DNA of 64,000 nucleotides from an uncultured Flavobacteriales bacterium. GTDB taxonomy: Bacteria > Bacteroidota > Bacteroidia > Flavobacteriales_D > Crocinitomicaceae. A program made the position numbers and the translations under genes. Of the stretch, positions 34,785 through 44,600 are shown one piece after another. The first letter of the stretch is position 1; each line of letters begins with the position of its first letter. Under the pieces are notes generated by a model. It saw nothing but the letters and a program-made list of their open reading frames with translations. It was not told where the DNA came from and did not search any database. The stretch spans positions 206,925 through 270,924 of the forward strand of contig CAJXJK010000005.1 of assembly GCA_913054135.1 (NCBI GenBank), written 5' to 3'.

Positions 34785-36832
34785 TGATGTATTTTTTGTA
34801 AGAAATAATTGTAGGTTTCGGTTTGTGCATTGTATGGCACAATCTCTCCACCTTCATATCTATGATTGGCTTGCTCTTTATCAATAATTCTTGACTTTGT
34901 GTTGTCATTCAAACAAGCTTCAATCATGAATTTTAAATCTTTTTGAATCTTTGAATCATATATTGGAGTCGCAACTTCTATTCTTCTGTCAATGTTTCTC
35001 CCCATCCAGTCAGCTGATGAAATGAAATAGCGTTCTTTTCCTGCATTGGCAAAAATCATTATTCTAGAATGTTCTAAAAAACGCCCAACGACACTTCTTA
35101 CTACAATGTTTTCAGATAATCCTTTGACCCCAGGAACAAGAGCACAAATCCCTCTTACAACCGCGTAAACTTTAACACCCGCCTTAGAAGCTTCATATAA
35201 TTTTTTGATCATTTTAGAATCTACCAAGTTGTTTATCTTCAGATAGATATAAGCCTCATCACCATTGTGAGCATTTTTGATCTCTTTATCAATTAAGCTA
35301 GAGAGTTTTCTTCTCGTATTAAAGGGAGAGACAATCAGTTCTCTGAATACCGAGCGGTCAAAATTGTTTTTGAATATTTTGAAAACCTTATCTACTTCTT
35401 TGGTAATTCCCGGATCAGCCGTTAAAAGCGAACAATCAGTATACACATTTGCAGTTCCTTCATGAAAGTTCCCCGTTCCTATGTGAGCGATTGTCTGAAT
35501 GTTATTCCCAGATTTTCTTTTGATCACAAACAGTTTTGAATGCACCTTAAGGTTTTGTACACCAAAAAGAACGGTTACTCCATTTTCTTCAAGATGGTTT
35601 GACCATTTAATGTTATTCTTCTCATCAAATCGAGCCAATAACTCAATTACTACCAATACTTTTTTACCGTTTTTGGCAGCCGATATTAATGCATTTATAA
35701 TTTGAGAATTCTTTGCTACTCTGTAAAGGTTAATCTTAATAGAGGTCACCTTAGGGTCAATTGCAGATTCTCTTAAAATATCAATAATAGGTCTAAACGA
35801 TTGGTATGGATAAGTCAAAAGTATATCCTTGTCAAGAACCGTTTTAATGATTGATTTATTTGAGTCTTGAAGTAATGGATGATTTAAAGGAGTCATCTCA
35901 TTATAGACAAAAGTTGAGTTTCCAAAGTCAGGGAACCCCATAAAATCTTTGAAGTTGTGATAACGACCTCCAGGAATAATATTTTCACCAGCTTTTAATC
36001 CTTGAACATTCATTAAATAGTTCAACATATCTAGAGGCATGGCACTGTCATAGACAAAACGAACCGTGTCACCTTCTTTACGCATATCAACACTATCCTT
36101 CATTTTCTCAAGGAAACTTTTCGAGATATCGTCATCTAAATCAAGTTCAGCATCCCTTGTAATCTTGAAAGTGAAAGCTTCGATTTTATCAAAAGAGAAA
36201 ATGCTAAATATTTCAGAGAGGTGAAAACGAATGATGTCATCTAAAAGAATTATCTTTTTTACATCAGTTTTCTTATCACCTGGGATTATAAAGAATCGTG
36301 AAATATCACTTGGAATCTGAATTAGTGCAAATTTGGTTTTCGTTTTCTCATAGTCAGTCATCTTAATTGCCAAGTAAATTCCTTTATCCCGCAATCGAGG
36401 GAAAGGTCTCTTTGATGACAACATTATCGGAACTATTTGAGGTCGAACCGTGTCATGGAAAAAAGCAGAAATTGAATCTGACTCTTCTTCTTTTAAATGA
36501 CTTTCGTCTGTTTGAAGAATGTGTTTTTCTCTTAGACGTTGAAGTATTTTCTCATAAGAAAGTTGAAAAAGTGTTTGTTGCTCCAAAACCAATTTCTTGA
36601 TTTCTTTCAAGAGCTTGGCAGGAGATCCTTTAAAGCCCTCAACTTTCTTAGATCCTAATGCATCCATCCTTCTAATGGTGGCTACGCGAACTTTAAAAAA
36701 TTCATCAAGGTTGTTAGAGTAGATTCCTAAAAAACGGATTCTTTCTATCAATGGATTAGCGGGATCTAGAGATTCTTGAAGAACTCTTTCATTAAATGAT
36801 AACCAGCTTAATTCTCTATTGAATAACTCCAT
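34781..36832 (-). CDS. ppk1: Polyphosphate kinase 1
   Basis: FNRELSWLSFNERVL, LTYPYQSF, LYRVAKNS, ARFDE.NNI, VHSKL, GTGNF, GRFLEHSR, SADWM.RN.DRRIE. Confidence 0.96.
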   Translation of the reverse strand: MELFNRELSWLSFNERVLQESLDPANPLIERIRFLGIYSNNLDEFFKVRVATIRRMDALGSKKVEGFKGSPAKLLKEIKKLVLEQQTLFQLSYEKILQRLREKHILQTDESHLKEEESDSISAFFHDTVRPQIVPIMLSSKRPFPRLRDKGIYLAIKMTDYEKTKTKFALIQIPSDISRFFIIPGDKKTDVKKIILLDDIIRFHLSEIFSIFSFDKIEAFTFKITRDAELDLDDDISKSFLEKMKDSVDMRKEGDTVRFVYDSAMPLDMLNYLMNVQGLKAGENIIPGGRYHNFKDFMGFPDFGNSTFVYNEMTPLNHPLLQDSNKSIIKTVLDKDILLTYPYQSFRPIIDILRESAIDPKVTSIKINLYRVAKNSQIINALISAAKNGKKVLVVIELLARFDEKNNIKWSNHLEENGVTVLFGVQNLKVHSKLFVIKRKSGNNIQTIAHIGTGNFHEGTANVYTDCSLLTADPGITKEVDKVFKIFKNNFDRSVFRELIVSPFNTRRKLSSLIDKEIKNAHNGDEAYIYLKINNLVDSKMIKKLYEASKAGVKVYAVVRGICALVPGVKGLSENIVVRSVVGRFLEHSRIMIFANAGKERYFISSADWMGRNIDRRIEVATPIYDSKIQKDLKFMIEACLNDNTKSRIIDKEQANHRYEGGEIVPYNAQTETYNYFLQKIHQ

Positions 36833-36981
36833 ATTGTTCTGATACGAAACGTCTGAAAATAAAAATACCAGCTAAAATTAGAATCTTAGCTGGTATTTTC
36901 ACCTCAAAAAACTATGTTTCCATGAAAAAACAGTTCAAAGATAATACAGCTTTTTTAATCTCCAAAGTATTTTAACTTTTT

Positions 36982-37977
36982 TTATTGAATTAATAAATTA
37001 CATCCTCTGATGTCTGAGGTGTCAAATCGACCTAAAATCTCAAAGGTGTCTCCATTTTGCCTACCAAGATCTTGCGTCTCTATAAATGAACAACTGAAAA
37101 CATTTGCCAAGTCAATTACATTTACGCCGCCAGATTTTCCTTCAGAAAAAGAAAAAGGGTCGGTTTGTTCACGGATTAAAACTTTCATCCAAGCAGGTGT
37201 TTTGAAAATTCCATGACCACTTGAGTATGCTTGCGAAAGCAACTCTGTCATTCCGTACTCTGAGTGAATCGTGCTCGTGTTGAGTGCTGAACAAAGTTTT
37301 TCATGCATCTCAGCTTTCGTGATTTCTTTTCTTCGTCCTTTCATTCCGCCGGTCTCCATCACTATGCAATGTGAAAGGTCAACTTTATATTTTTCAGCCA
37401 AGTCTAATAGCGCATAAGATACTCCAAAGAGGATGATTTTTTTCTCATGTTTTCGTGCTTCGATAATTTGACATAGTTTATCAAAGTCATTCATAAATAA
37501 GCCACTGTCCTGATCTTTAGAATGCGTGATTAAATAATCAACCATATAGATTAGTGAAGAGTGCTGATTCTCCATATATGACGGAAGTAAACCAAGAATA
37601 ATAAAATCTTCTATATGCCCATAAAAATGTTCGAACGCCTTAATGAAACTGAGTTCATAAATGGTAAGGTCAAGAATGAAGTGCTTACTTTTCTCAGTTC
37701 CAGTTGTTCCTGAACTATGAAATTCAACTTTCGGTTCACCTTTGCCTGTAATTACTTTCTGATTCTTAAAAAACGAGATGGGTAAAAATGGAATGTCCTG
37801 AAGCTTTTTGACTTCAATATCCCTCTTTGAAAGTTGGCAATATGATCTGTATACAGAATTGTTTTCATATTGAAAATGGAACAATTGTATTGCATATTTC
37901 TCAAACTCTGAGGGAGATGAAATATTGAAAATGTTTTTGATATCAAAAGGTAAATCAGTCAGCAATTGTAGGTTCAA
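36982..37977 (-). CDS. LuxE/acyl-protein synthetase-like acyltransferase
   Basis: IPFLPISFFK, FHSSGTTG, METGGMKGRRKE, SEYGMTELLSQAY, TQDLG, GRFD.SDIRGCN. Confidence 0.85.
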   Translation of the reverse strand: MNLQLLTDLPFDIKNIFNISSPSEFEKYAIQLFHFQYENNSVYRSYCQLSKRDIEVKKLQDIPFLPISFFKNQKVITGKGEPKVEFHSSGTTGTEKSKHFILDLTIYELSFIKAFEHFYGHIEDFIILGLLPSYMENQHSSLIYMVDYLITHSKDQDSGLFMNDFDKLCQIIEARKHEKKIILFGVSYALLDLAEKYKVDLSHCIVMETGGMKGRRKEITKAEMHEKLCSALNTSTIHSEYGMTELLSQAYSSGHGIFKTPAWMKVLIREQTDPFSFSEGKSGGVNVIDLANVFSCSFIETQDLGRQNGDTFEILGRFDTSDIRGCNLLIQ

Positions 37978-38026
37978 TGATTAATGGTTATCTTAGTCCT
38001 AAATCTGGCAAAGCCATATTCAGCAC

Positions 38027-38542
38027 ATGAAGTTAAAAACAAAAATAAGTCTATTTCTACTCTTAGGGCTAATTTTATTTGGATTACAAGGATGTTTTAA
38101 AAGTGAGAATTATCCACTTGAACCAATCATCTCTAATCCTCAAGTAACTTTGTTGGGCGATTCAGCAAGAGTCTCTTTTGATTTCACAGATGGTGATGCC
38201 GACTTAGGATTGCCTGAGGGTGACACCATTGGTATTTTTGCTCCTGATTCTTTTTACTATAACAATATCTATCTTAGTTATTATGAAAAAGATGATGTGT
38301 TAGGCTGGGTGCCTGGGGAAGATTTAGAGGGAGACCCCGTAAAGTTTAAATACAGAATAAAACCTATTGAAGTTTCAGATAACACAGAAGGTATTAAAGG
38401 CAGAATTGATGTAATGGTTGAGCCAACATATAAAAACAATTTGTCTCCAAATTCAGACACTATTAAGTTTGAAATATTACTGATTGATAAAGCTCTTAAC
38501 CACAGTAATCTTCTGGAAACAGAAGAGGTTATCAGTCTATAA
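38027..38542 (+). CDS. Hypothetical lipoprotein
   Basis: Lipobox LQGC; FDFTDGDADLG motif common in Bacteroidota lipoproteins. Confidence 0.75.
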   Translation: MKLKTKISLFLLLGLILFGLQGCFKSENYPLEPIISNPQVTLLGDSARVSFDFTDGDADLGLPEGDTIGIFAPDSFYYNNIYLSYYEKDDVLGWVPGEDLEGDPVKFKYRIKPIEVSDNTEGIKGRIDVMVEPTYKNNLSPNSDTIKFEILLIDKALNHSNLLETEEVISL

Positions 38543-38552
38543 AGAAACTCGC

Positions 38553-39428
38553 ATGCTCATCTATATTTTATCAAGATCTTCTGAGCTATACTCTACAAAA
38601 AGAATTTATAAGTCAGGAACAAAATCGCGGCATAACGTCAGAGTGATCAATTATCTTGAGTGCGATATAATAGTTGAAAACGGAGATTATAAAATCATCT
38701 ATGAGCACGAAGAACTCCTTAAACCTGATTTCGTTATACCAAGAATTGGCGCTTCGGTAACATCTTATGGCTGCGCAGTGGTTCGACATTTTGAAGTGAT
38801 GGGCGTGCCAGTATTAAATTCATCAGCCGGTATTTATGAGTCAAGAGATAAATTTAGATGTTTACAACAATTGAGTTATGAGGGCATACAGGTTCCTATA
38901 ACTTACCATTCTTATGACTTGTATTATGCCGAACGCATAGTAAGAACAAAGCTCGGGTATCCGTTTATTTTCAAGGTATTAGAGGGTACTCATGGTGAAG
39001 GAGTTCATTTGGTAAATAATGAAGAAGAATTGCACAATAAGTTTTATGAGTCTCAAGCAAAGCATGAAAAAATATTGCTACAAGAATTTATTTCAGAATT
39101 TAAAGGGAAAGATCTTCGCATCATTGTAATTGGAAATGAAGTAGTGGCCTCAATGATGAGAATAGCTCAAGAAGGAGATTTTAGATCAAACATACATAAA
39201 GGAGGGAGAGGAGAAAACGTTCCTATTTCGGCCAAAGAAAAAGAAGTTGCTTTAAAGGCAGCCAAAGTATTGGGTCTTGGAATGGCAGGAGTTGATATAT
39301 TGCGATCTAGCAGAGGTCCTTTGATAATTGAGGTGAATTCATCACCTGGAATTGAAGGCGTAGAGGGAGTGACAAAGATTAAGATTGCAGAGAAGTTAAT
39401 TGAACACATTGAAAATTCAGAAAAATGA
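38553..39428 (+). CDS. RimK-family ATP-grasp alpha-L-glutamate ligase
   Basis: ILSR..ELYSTKR, VIPRIGASVTSYG, RDKFR, GTHGEGV, DLRIIV, FRSNIHKGG, AGVDILRS, IEVNSSPGIEG. Start reassigned to MLIYILS. Confidence 0.92.
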   Translation: MLIYILSRSSELYSTKRIYKSGTKSRHNVRVINYLECDIIVENGDYKIIYEHEELLKPDFVIPRIGASVTSYGCAVVRHFEVMGVPVLNSSAGIYESRDKFRCLQQLSYEGIQVPITYHSYDLYYAERIVRTKLGYPFIFKVLEGTHGEGVHLVNNEEELHNKFYESQAKHEKILLQEFISEFKGKDLRIIVIGNEVVASMMRIAQEGDFRSNIHKGGRGENVPISAKEKEVALKAAKVLGLGMAGVDILRSSRGPLIIEVNSSPGIEGVEGVTKIKIAEKLIEHIENSEK

Positions 39429-40360
39429 AAATTGCGGGAAAAACGATACGTAGAAATGGGTTAACGAGAATTGAAATTCCGATTGCGCGATTGCCGTCTA
39501 ACACTCCAATTGACATGGTAGCCCATTGTTACCGTTCTAAAAATGATGGTCCAACTTTTCTAGTTTTAGGTGGAGTTCATGGTGATGAGGTGAACGGAAT
39601 TGAGATTGTGAAGAGAGCAGAACAACAAAAAATGTTTAGTGATCTAGAGAAAGGAACTGTGATTTCAATTCCACTTTTAAATGTATACGGTTTTATTAAT
39701 TTTTCAAGAGGTTTGCCTGACGGTAAAGACGTTAATCGGTCTTTTCCGGGAAGCAAAAATGGATCACTGGCTTCAAGAGTTGCCCGTACTTTAACTGAAC
39801 ACATTTTGCCTCATGTTGATTTTGCCATTGACTTTCACACAGGAGGATCGGCCATTTATAATTATCCTCAATCAAGAGTGTTCAGAGATGATCCTAAAAG
39901 TATAGAGCTAGCCAAAATGTTTGGTATGCCTCACTTGATAAAAGGAGGGTTGATTTCTAAATCACTTCGAAAGATTGCCCACGGAATGGATATTCCCATG
40001 GTAGTTTTTGAGGGAGGAGAATCATTGAGAATGGATGAGTTTTCTATTTCAGAAGGAATCAGAGGGATTGAAAGAGTCTTGATTTCAAAAGGAATGAAAA
40101 AGGGTAAAGTTCCTGATGTACATGAAGTGGTTTTAGAAAGCAATAGTTGGCTGAGAGCCTCACGATCGGGAATGCTGAAGTGTTTGAAGGTGTCGGGTGA
40201 TTATGTGATGAAGAACGAAATATTAGGAACAGTTTCAGGTCCTTACGGCAGGTTTGAAATGAAGATTAAAGCAAAGAAAACGGGAATGATTTACGGACAC
40301 AATAATAATCCGGTAGTTAGTCAAGGAGACGCCATTTTTCACATAGGATACGAATCATGA
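39425..40360 (+). CDS. Succinylglutamate desuccinylase/aspartoacylase (AstE/M14-like) family
   Basis: GGVHGDEVNG, DVNRSFPG...GSLASR, IDFHTGG, FEGGE; ATGA overlap with rimK. Confidence 0.9.
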   Translation: MKIAGKTIRRNGLTRIEIPIARLPSNTPIDMVAHCYRSKNDGPTFLVLGGVHGDEVNGIEIVKRAEQQKMFSDLEKGTVISIPLLNVYGFINFSRGLPDGKDVNRSFPGSKNGSLASRVARTLTEHILPHVDFAIDFHTGGSAIYNYPQSRVFRDDPKSIELAKMFGMPHLIKGGLISKSLRKIAHGMDIPMVVFEGGESLRMDEFSISEGIRGIERVLISKGMKKGKVPDVHEVVLESNSWLRASRSGMLKCLKVSGDYVMKNEILGTVSGPYGRFEMKIKAKKTGMIYGHNNNPVVSQGDAIFHIGYES

Positions 40361-41337
40361 AAGTAGCAGTTACTGGAGCAACAGGGCATTTAGGAAATGT
40401 TGTTTGCAGAATATTAGTAGATAAGGGGCATGAAGTTCAGGCCTTGTATCGTTCGGAGTCGTCAGCTCTTGATGGTCTAGATCTTACATTGCACAAGGGA
40501 GATTTATCTGACAAAAAATCATTGGAAGATCTGATGGCCGGATGTGATTATGTAGTTCACTCGGCTGGCTTGATTTCAATATCAGGAGGTCAAGATGGAT
40601 TAGTGGATAAGGTAAATGTTGAAGGAACTCGAAATGTGCTGGAGACCGCTATCAAATGTGGGTTAAAGAAAATCATTCATATTTCATCTGTTCACGCATT
40701 AGTGCCTCCGAATTACAATACACCAATGAATGAAAATCATATTTATAAATCAGAGAGAGATTATGCCTATGATTATTCAAAGGTGAGAGGTGAGAAAATC
40801 ATGTTAAAAGCTTTTAAAGAAGGAAAGATTGAAGGCTGTGTCATTCGTCCATCACTTATCACTGGTCCTTTTGATTTCAGACCATCTGAAATTGGTAAAG
40901 GTCTTATTGATTATCGCAATGAAAAAATACCAGTAGTCCCTCCTGGTGGTTTTGATTTTGTGGATGTAAGGGATGTAGCAAAATCAATTGTTTCAGCTAT
41001 AACTAAAGGACAAAATGGCGAAGCTTACATGATTAGTGGACAATATATTTCAATGAAAGAACTCACTTTATTTATAAAAAAGGCGGCAGGTGTTAAGGTA
41101 CCTAAAAGAGTGTTGCCATTTTGGGTGATGCGAACCTCACTTCCGTTTGTGAAAGTTTATGGTAAGGTTAGAGGTGCTGCGCCTATCTTTACAAAAGAAT
41201 CAATTGCGGCCCTAAAAAATGGACATCCAAATATAGATTCATCAAAGGCTAAAGATCATTTAGGTTATTCTTCTCTTCCGGTATTAGAAACCTTAAAAGA
41301 TTTTTACGAATGGTATGATATCAGCCAAAACAAATGA
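40357..41337 (+). CDS. Extended SDR (NAD-dependent epimerase / 3beta-HSD / DFR-like)
   Basis: TGATGHLG, VVHSAG, VNVEGTRNV, HISSVHA, YDYSK, FVDVRDVA; ATGA overlap. Confidence 0.88.
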   Translation: MKVAVTGATGHLGNVVCRILVDKGHEVQALYRSESSALDGLDLTLHKGDLSDKKSLEDLMAGCDYVVHSAGLISISGGQDGLVDKVNVEGTRNVLETAIKCGLKKIIHISSVHALVPPNYNTPMNENHIYKSERDYAYDYSKVRGEKIMLKAFKEGKIEGCVIRPSLITGPFDFRPSEIGKGLIDYRNEKIPVVPPGGFDFVDVRDVAKSIVSAITKGQNGEAYMISGQYISMKELTLFIKKAAGVKVPKRVLPFWVMRTSLPFVKVYGKVRGAAPIFTKESIAALKNGHPNIDSSKAKDHLGYSSLPVLETLKDFYEWYDISQNK

Positions 41338-42098
41338 GTATGAGTGTTTTTGAAATTATCTGTCTGGTTTGGCTAGGAGTTGCTGTTGTAGTGCATTTTG
41401 TGATGTTTTATGTCACGGCGCCTTTTGGGCGTCATACTTCTGAGAATTGGGGTCCAATGGTGAATAATAAATTGGCTTGGGTATTGATGGAGTTTCCATC
41501 ACTAGCAATCATGACCTACTTTCTTTTTTGGGGAACGAATTCAATGAATAGTTTCGCTTGGGTGGTCTTTGCATTGTGGATATTTCATTACTTCAATCGC
41601 ACATTTGTATATCCTTTAAGGATTAAAGCAACTTCTAAGAAAATGCCTTTCGCAATCATGGGAAATGCAATACTTTTTAATTTGATGAACGCAGGTCTAA
41701 ATGGCTATTTTTTGTCTGAGATTGCTACTTCAAACCAATATGATATCACTTGGTTGCAGTCGCCTACAACCATTATTGGTTTAGTTATCTTTTTTGTTGG
41801 ATTAAGTATTAATTGGAGATCAGATCACATATTAATCAACCTGAGAAAACCTGGAGAAACCGGCTACAAGATTCCGCATAAATTCTTGTTTAAATATGTT
41901 TCTTCACCTAATTTAATGGGAGAAGTGATAGAGTGGGCTGGCTTCGCCATTGTCGCGTGGAACTTACCAGCATTAACTTTTGCGGTTTGGACATATGCTA
42001 ATCTCGTACCACGTGCAAAAAACCACCACGATTGGTATCATAAGAAATTCGAAAATTATCCGAAAGAAAGAAAGGTGATTTTCCCTTTCATATATTGA
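41334..42098 (+). CDS. 3-oxo-5-alpha-steroid 4-dehydrogenase (SRD5A-like)
   Basis: APFGRH, AWVLMEFPS, HYFNRTFVYP, LRKPGETGYKIP, VSSPNLMGEVIEW, RA..HH.WY. Confidence 0.9.
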   Translation: MSMSVFEIICLVWLGVAVVVHFVMFYVTAPFGRHTSENWGPMVNNKLAWVLMEFPSLAIMTYFLFWGTNSMNSFAWVVFALWIFHYFNRTFVYPLRIKATSKKMPFAIMGNAILFNLMNAGLNGYFLSEIATSNQYDITWLQSPTTIIGLVIFFVGLSINWRSDHILINLRKPGETGYKIPHKFLFKYVSSPNLMGEVIEWAGFAIVAWNLPALTFAVWTYANLVPRAKNHHDWYHKKFENYPKERKVIFPFIY

Positions 42099-42099
42099 T

Positions 42100-42684
42100 T
42101 TATTCAGAGGCTGTGTTGTGTGGTTGAGCCAAAATGCTCACGAAATCTTTATCAAAATTCATCTGACCGTATTCTCTTTCGTAGGCCGTTTTGGTGCGCA
42201 CCCAATACTTAGTCACATCTGTGTCTGATCGAATACTAGATGGAGGTCTATCTGTAAAGTAATAACTAATATGTGCTGAAGGCATTTTTGTTATAGATAG
42301 TGGTAAACAAAGTATGTCATATGAATTGTTGTAATAAGAATCTGTGTAGATATATTTTTCAATAACTAATGGTGCTTCAGTGTCATTAATAAGAAAGCCT
42401 TGACTAGCTGACATGCTTAACTTTAAGGTATACCCATTCGAGAATTCGTAATTGGGAGCACCATAAACTAAATACTCGCCAAAGTCATCTGTATTTTTAA
42501 TGATAACAACTCTTCCCGCTCCTAATACTATCATGAAGCCCACAATTAAGCCCGCTATTGTTCCTGTCACTCCGCTAGCCTTTTGTGGAACTTTAATTGC
42601 ACGAAGAAGTTTGTAAAATATTAAGATGACCAGTGAACCACAAATTACGGCAGCTACAATTCCAATCCACAACGATAAAAGCAT
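42100..42684 (-). CDS. Hypothetical membrane protein (two N-terminal TMs)
   Basis: 194-aa ORF with two hydrophobic helices followed by a soluble domain. Confidence 0.65.
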   Translation of the reverse strand: MLLSLWIGIVAAVICGSLVILIFYKLLRAIKVPQKASGVTGTIAGLIVGFMIVLGAGRVVIIKNTDDFGEYLVYGAPNYEFSNGYTLKLSMSASQGFLINDTEAPLVIEKYIYTDSYYNNSYDILCLPLSITKMPSAHISYYFTDRPPSSIRSDTDVTKYWVRTKTAYEREYGQMNFDKDFVSILAQPHNTASE

Positions 42685-42720
42685 AGAAATATCTTTAAAG
42701 ACAATCTAAAAATACAAATT

Positions 42721-42819
42721 CTAAAGGATTACGAATATGGTGGCTGAAATTAATAAAACAGCAACTGAAACGACTAATACCTTTTCGGTAAAAGAAATAC
42801 GTCTTTTACTTTGAAACAT
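42721..42819 (-). CDS. Possible 32-aa single-TM small protein
   Basis: MFQSKRRISFTEKVLVVSVAVLLISATIFVIL*; below the ORF-track cutoff. Confidence 0.4.
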   Translation of the reverse strand: MFQSKRRISFTEKVLVVSVAVLLISATIFVIL

Positions 42820-43024
42820 ATTGTCAAATAAGTAGGATACGACTTTAGTCATTCTTTTAGTAGTGATTGCGCCAATTCATCACTGAATTGACTAGAGTTC
42901 TTATACAATATTACGACTTATTTTAGCTTGAAGTTTGGTCTAGAAGTGAGATTTTTTCACCAACCAATTTGTTGAAAACCTTAAAGATTTGATATCCAAA
43001 GCTTAAGGGAGGGGCGCCTAACAA

Positions 43025-43837
43025 TTATTTAATTTTAAATTCATAAAATTTGTTGGCATAGTGTACACTGTAGGTACCAGATTTTTGATTTTTCGTATCA
43101 ATTTCCTTTGCAAATCCTCGGCTTATAACGTCCTTTTTGTCATTATAAAAAATGAAATGGTGTTCATCATTAAAAATTACTTGCTGTTTTTTCTTTTTAT
43201 ACTTCGCTTTTGCCTTCTTTTTTTTGACTTCAATGCTCACGGCTTCTGATGGATAAAACTCGTAATCAATGTTTGCGACTGTCACTCTGAATTCATTTAA
43301 CCCTTTGTTTAAAAAAGGAGTCAAATCAAATTCAAATTGATCTTCTTCAAGAACATTAAAATTGGGACCTATTTTCACCCATTCTCCCCATTTGTTTTGT
43401 TCAACTTGTGTCCAAAGCCTGATGTCAGGGAAGTTTTGTGGAGACCGCCAATGAATTTTGTTGCTGGTATCAATTTTCACATCCTCGGCCGGAAGAATCT
43501 TTTTAGGAAAAAACTGATTAGGATTTATTATTCTGAGTTGACATTTGTTGTTGTAATGAATTTGGATATCTACCTTTTGATAGATTTCAAGTTTCTTATT
43601 CTCATTAATATTGAGGTCAAACTGATCAATTTCAATCTTTTCTAACTTCTTTGAATTTACAATTACCGAATCAAGACAATTACATTTTTGCCAAGGTGAA
43701 ATTTGGTTTTGACGACATTGAATCTTCAGCTTATCCCCTCTATAAAACCCCTCAAATGTCTTTAATTGATTCGTGTTTTGGGCAAACGTGATTGACGTCA
43801 ATAGCAACAAAAATAAAGATGATAGTTGACGTCTCAT
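43025..43837 (-). CDS. Exported hypothetical protein
   Basis: Signal peptide MRRQLSSLFLLLLTSITFA; Ig/FN3-like beta-rich segments. Confidence 0.7.
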   Translation of the reverse strand: MRRQLSSLFLLLLTSITFAQNTNQLKTFEGFYRGDKLKIQCRQNQISPWQKCNCLDSVIVNSKKLEKIEIDQFDLNINENKKLEIYQKVDIQIHYNNKCQLRIINPNQFFPKKILPAEDVKIDTSNKIHWRSPQNFPDIRLWTQVEQNKWGEWVKIGPNFNVLEEDQFEFDLTPFLNKGLNEFRVTVANIDYEFYPSEAVSIEVKKKKAKAKYKKKKQQVIFNDEHHFIFYNDKKDVISRGFAKEIDTKNQKSGTYSVHYANKFYEFKIK

Positions 43838-43841
43838 TCTG

Positions 43842-44600
43842 TTAAGATAAGAAATTGACTACTTCTAAATAGAATTCTTTGGGTGCTTCGGCATGAATCC
43901 AATGACCCGATTCTTCAATCGTATGAATTTCTGAATTTGGAAATTTAGCCTCAATTTCGGGGTAGTCAGATTCAACTATGTAATTGCTTTTTCCACCTCT
44001 CATAAAAAGAGTTTCGGTTTCAATTGTGTCAAATTTGATTTCCTCAATGATGTCATGGATCTTATCACTTAAAACCGGAATATTAATTCGCCAACCGAGC
44101 TCTCCTTTTTCAACCCAATAAAGGTTTTTAAGTAAGAATTGACGTACTCCAATTTCTTCAATATAATTCGCCAATTGACGGTCGGCTTGACCTCGACTTT
44201 TGAATTGACTTAAATCTAATGCATTTAATCCTTCAAGAATTTTCTCATGATGCATTGGGTATTGTTTGTGTCCTATATCGGCCACAATCATTTTGTCAAT
44301 AAACTCAGGGTATTTAACCGCGAATCCAATTGCAGTTTTACCTCCCATTGAATGTCCAATGATATTGATTTTAGATAATCCAAGATCAGTTACAAGTTCA
44401 TGAAAGTCTGATACCATCAAGTCATAACTGAAGTCGTCAGAATGTGGAGATCGACCGTGGTTTCTTTGGTCAACAAAGTACACTTTATATTTTTCAGCAA
44501 ACTTTTTACCCAAAGTTTGCCAATTATCAGACGAACCAAATAATCCGTGCAATATAAATAAAGGTTCTCCTTCTCCTAAAACTCTGTAATGCAATTTCAT
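43842..44600 (-). CDS. Alpha/beta hydrolase (YbfF-like esterase)
   Basis: ILHGLFGSSDNW, DQRNHGRSPH, GHSMGGK, SGHWIHAE. Confidence 0.9.
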   Translation of the reverse strand: MKLHYRVLGEGEPLFILHGLFGSSDNWQTLGKKFAEKYKVYFVDQRNHGRSPHSDDFSYDLMVSDFHELVTDLGLSKINIIGHSMGGKTAIGFAVKYPEFIDKMIVADIGHKQYPMHHEKILEGLNALDLSQFKSRGQADRQLANYIEEIGVRQFLLKNLYWVEKGELGWRINIPVLSDKIHDIIEEIKFDTIETETLFMRGGKSNYIVESDYPEIEAKFPNSEIHTIEESGHWIHAEAPKEFYLEVVNFLS

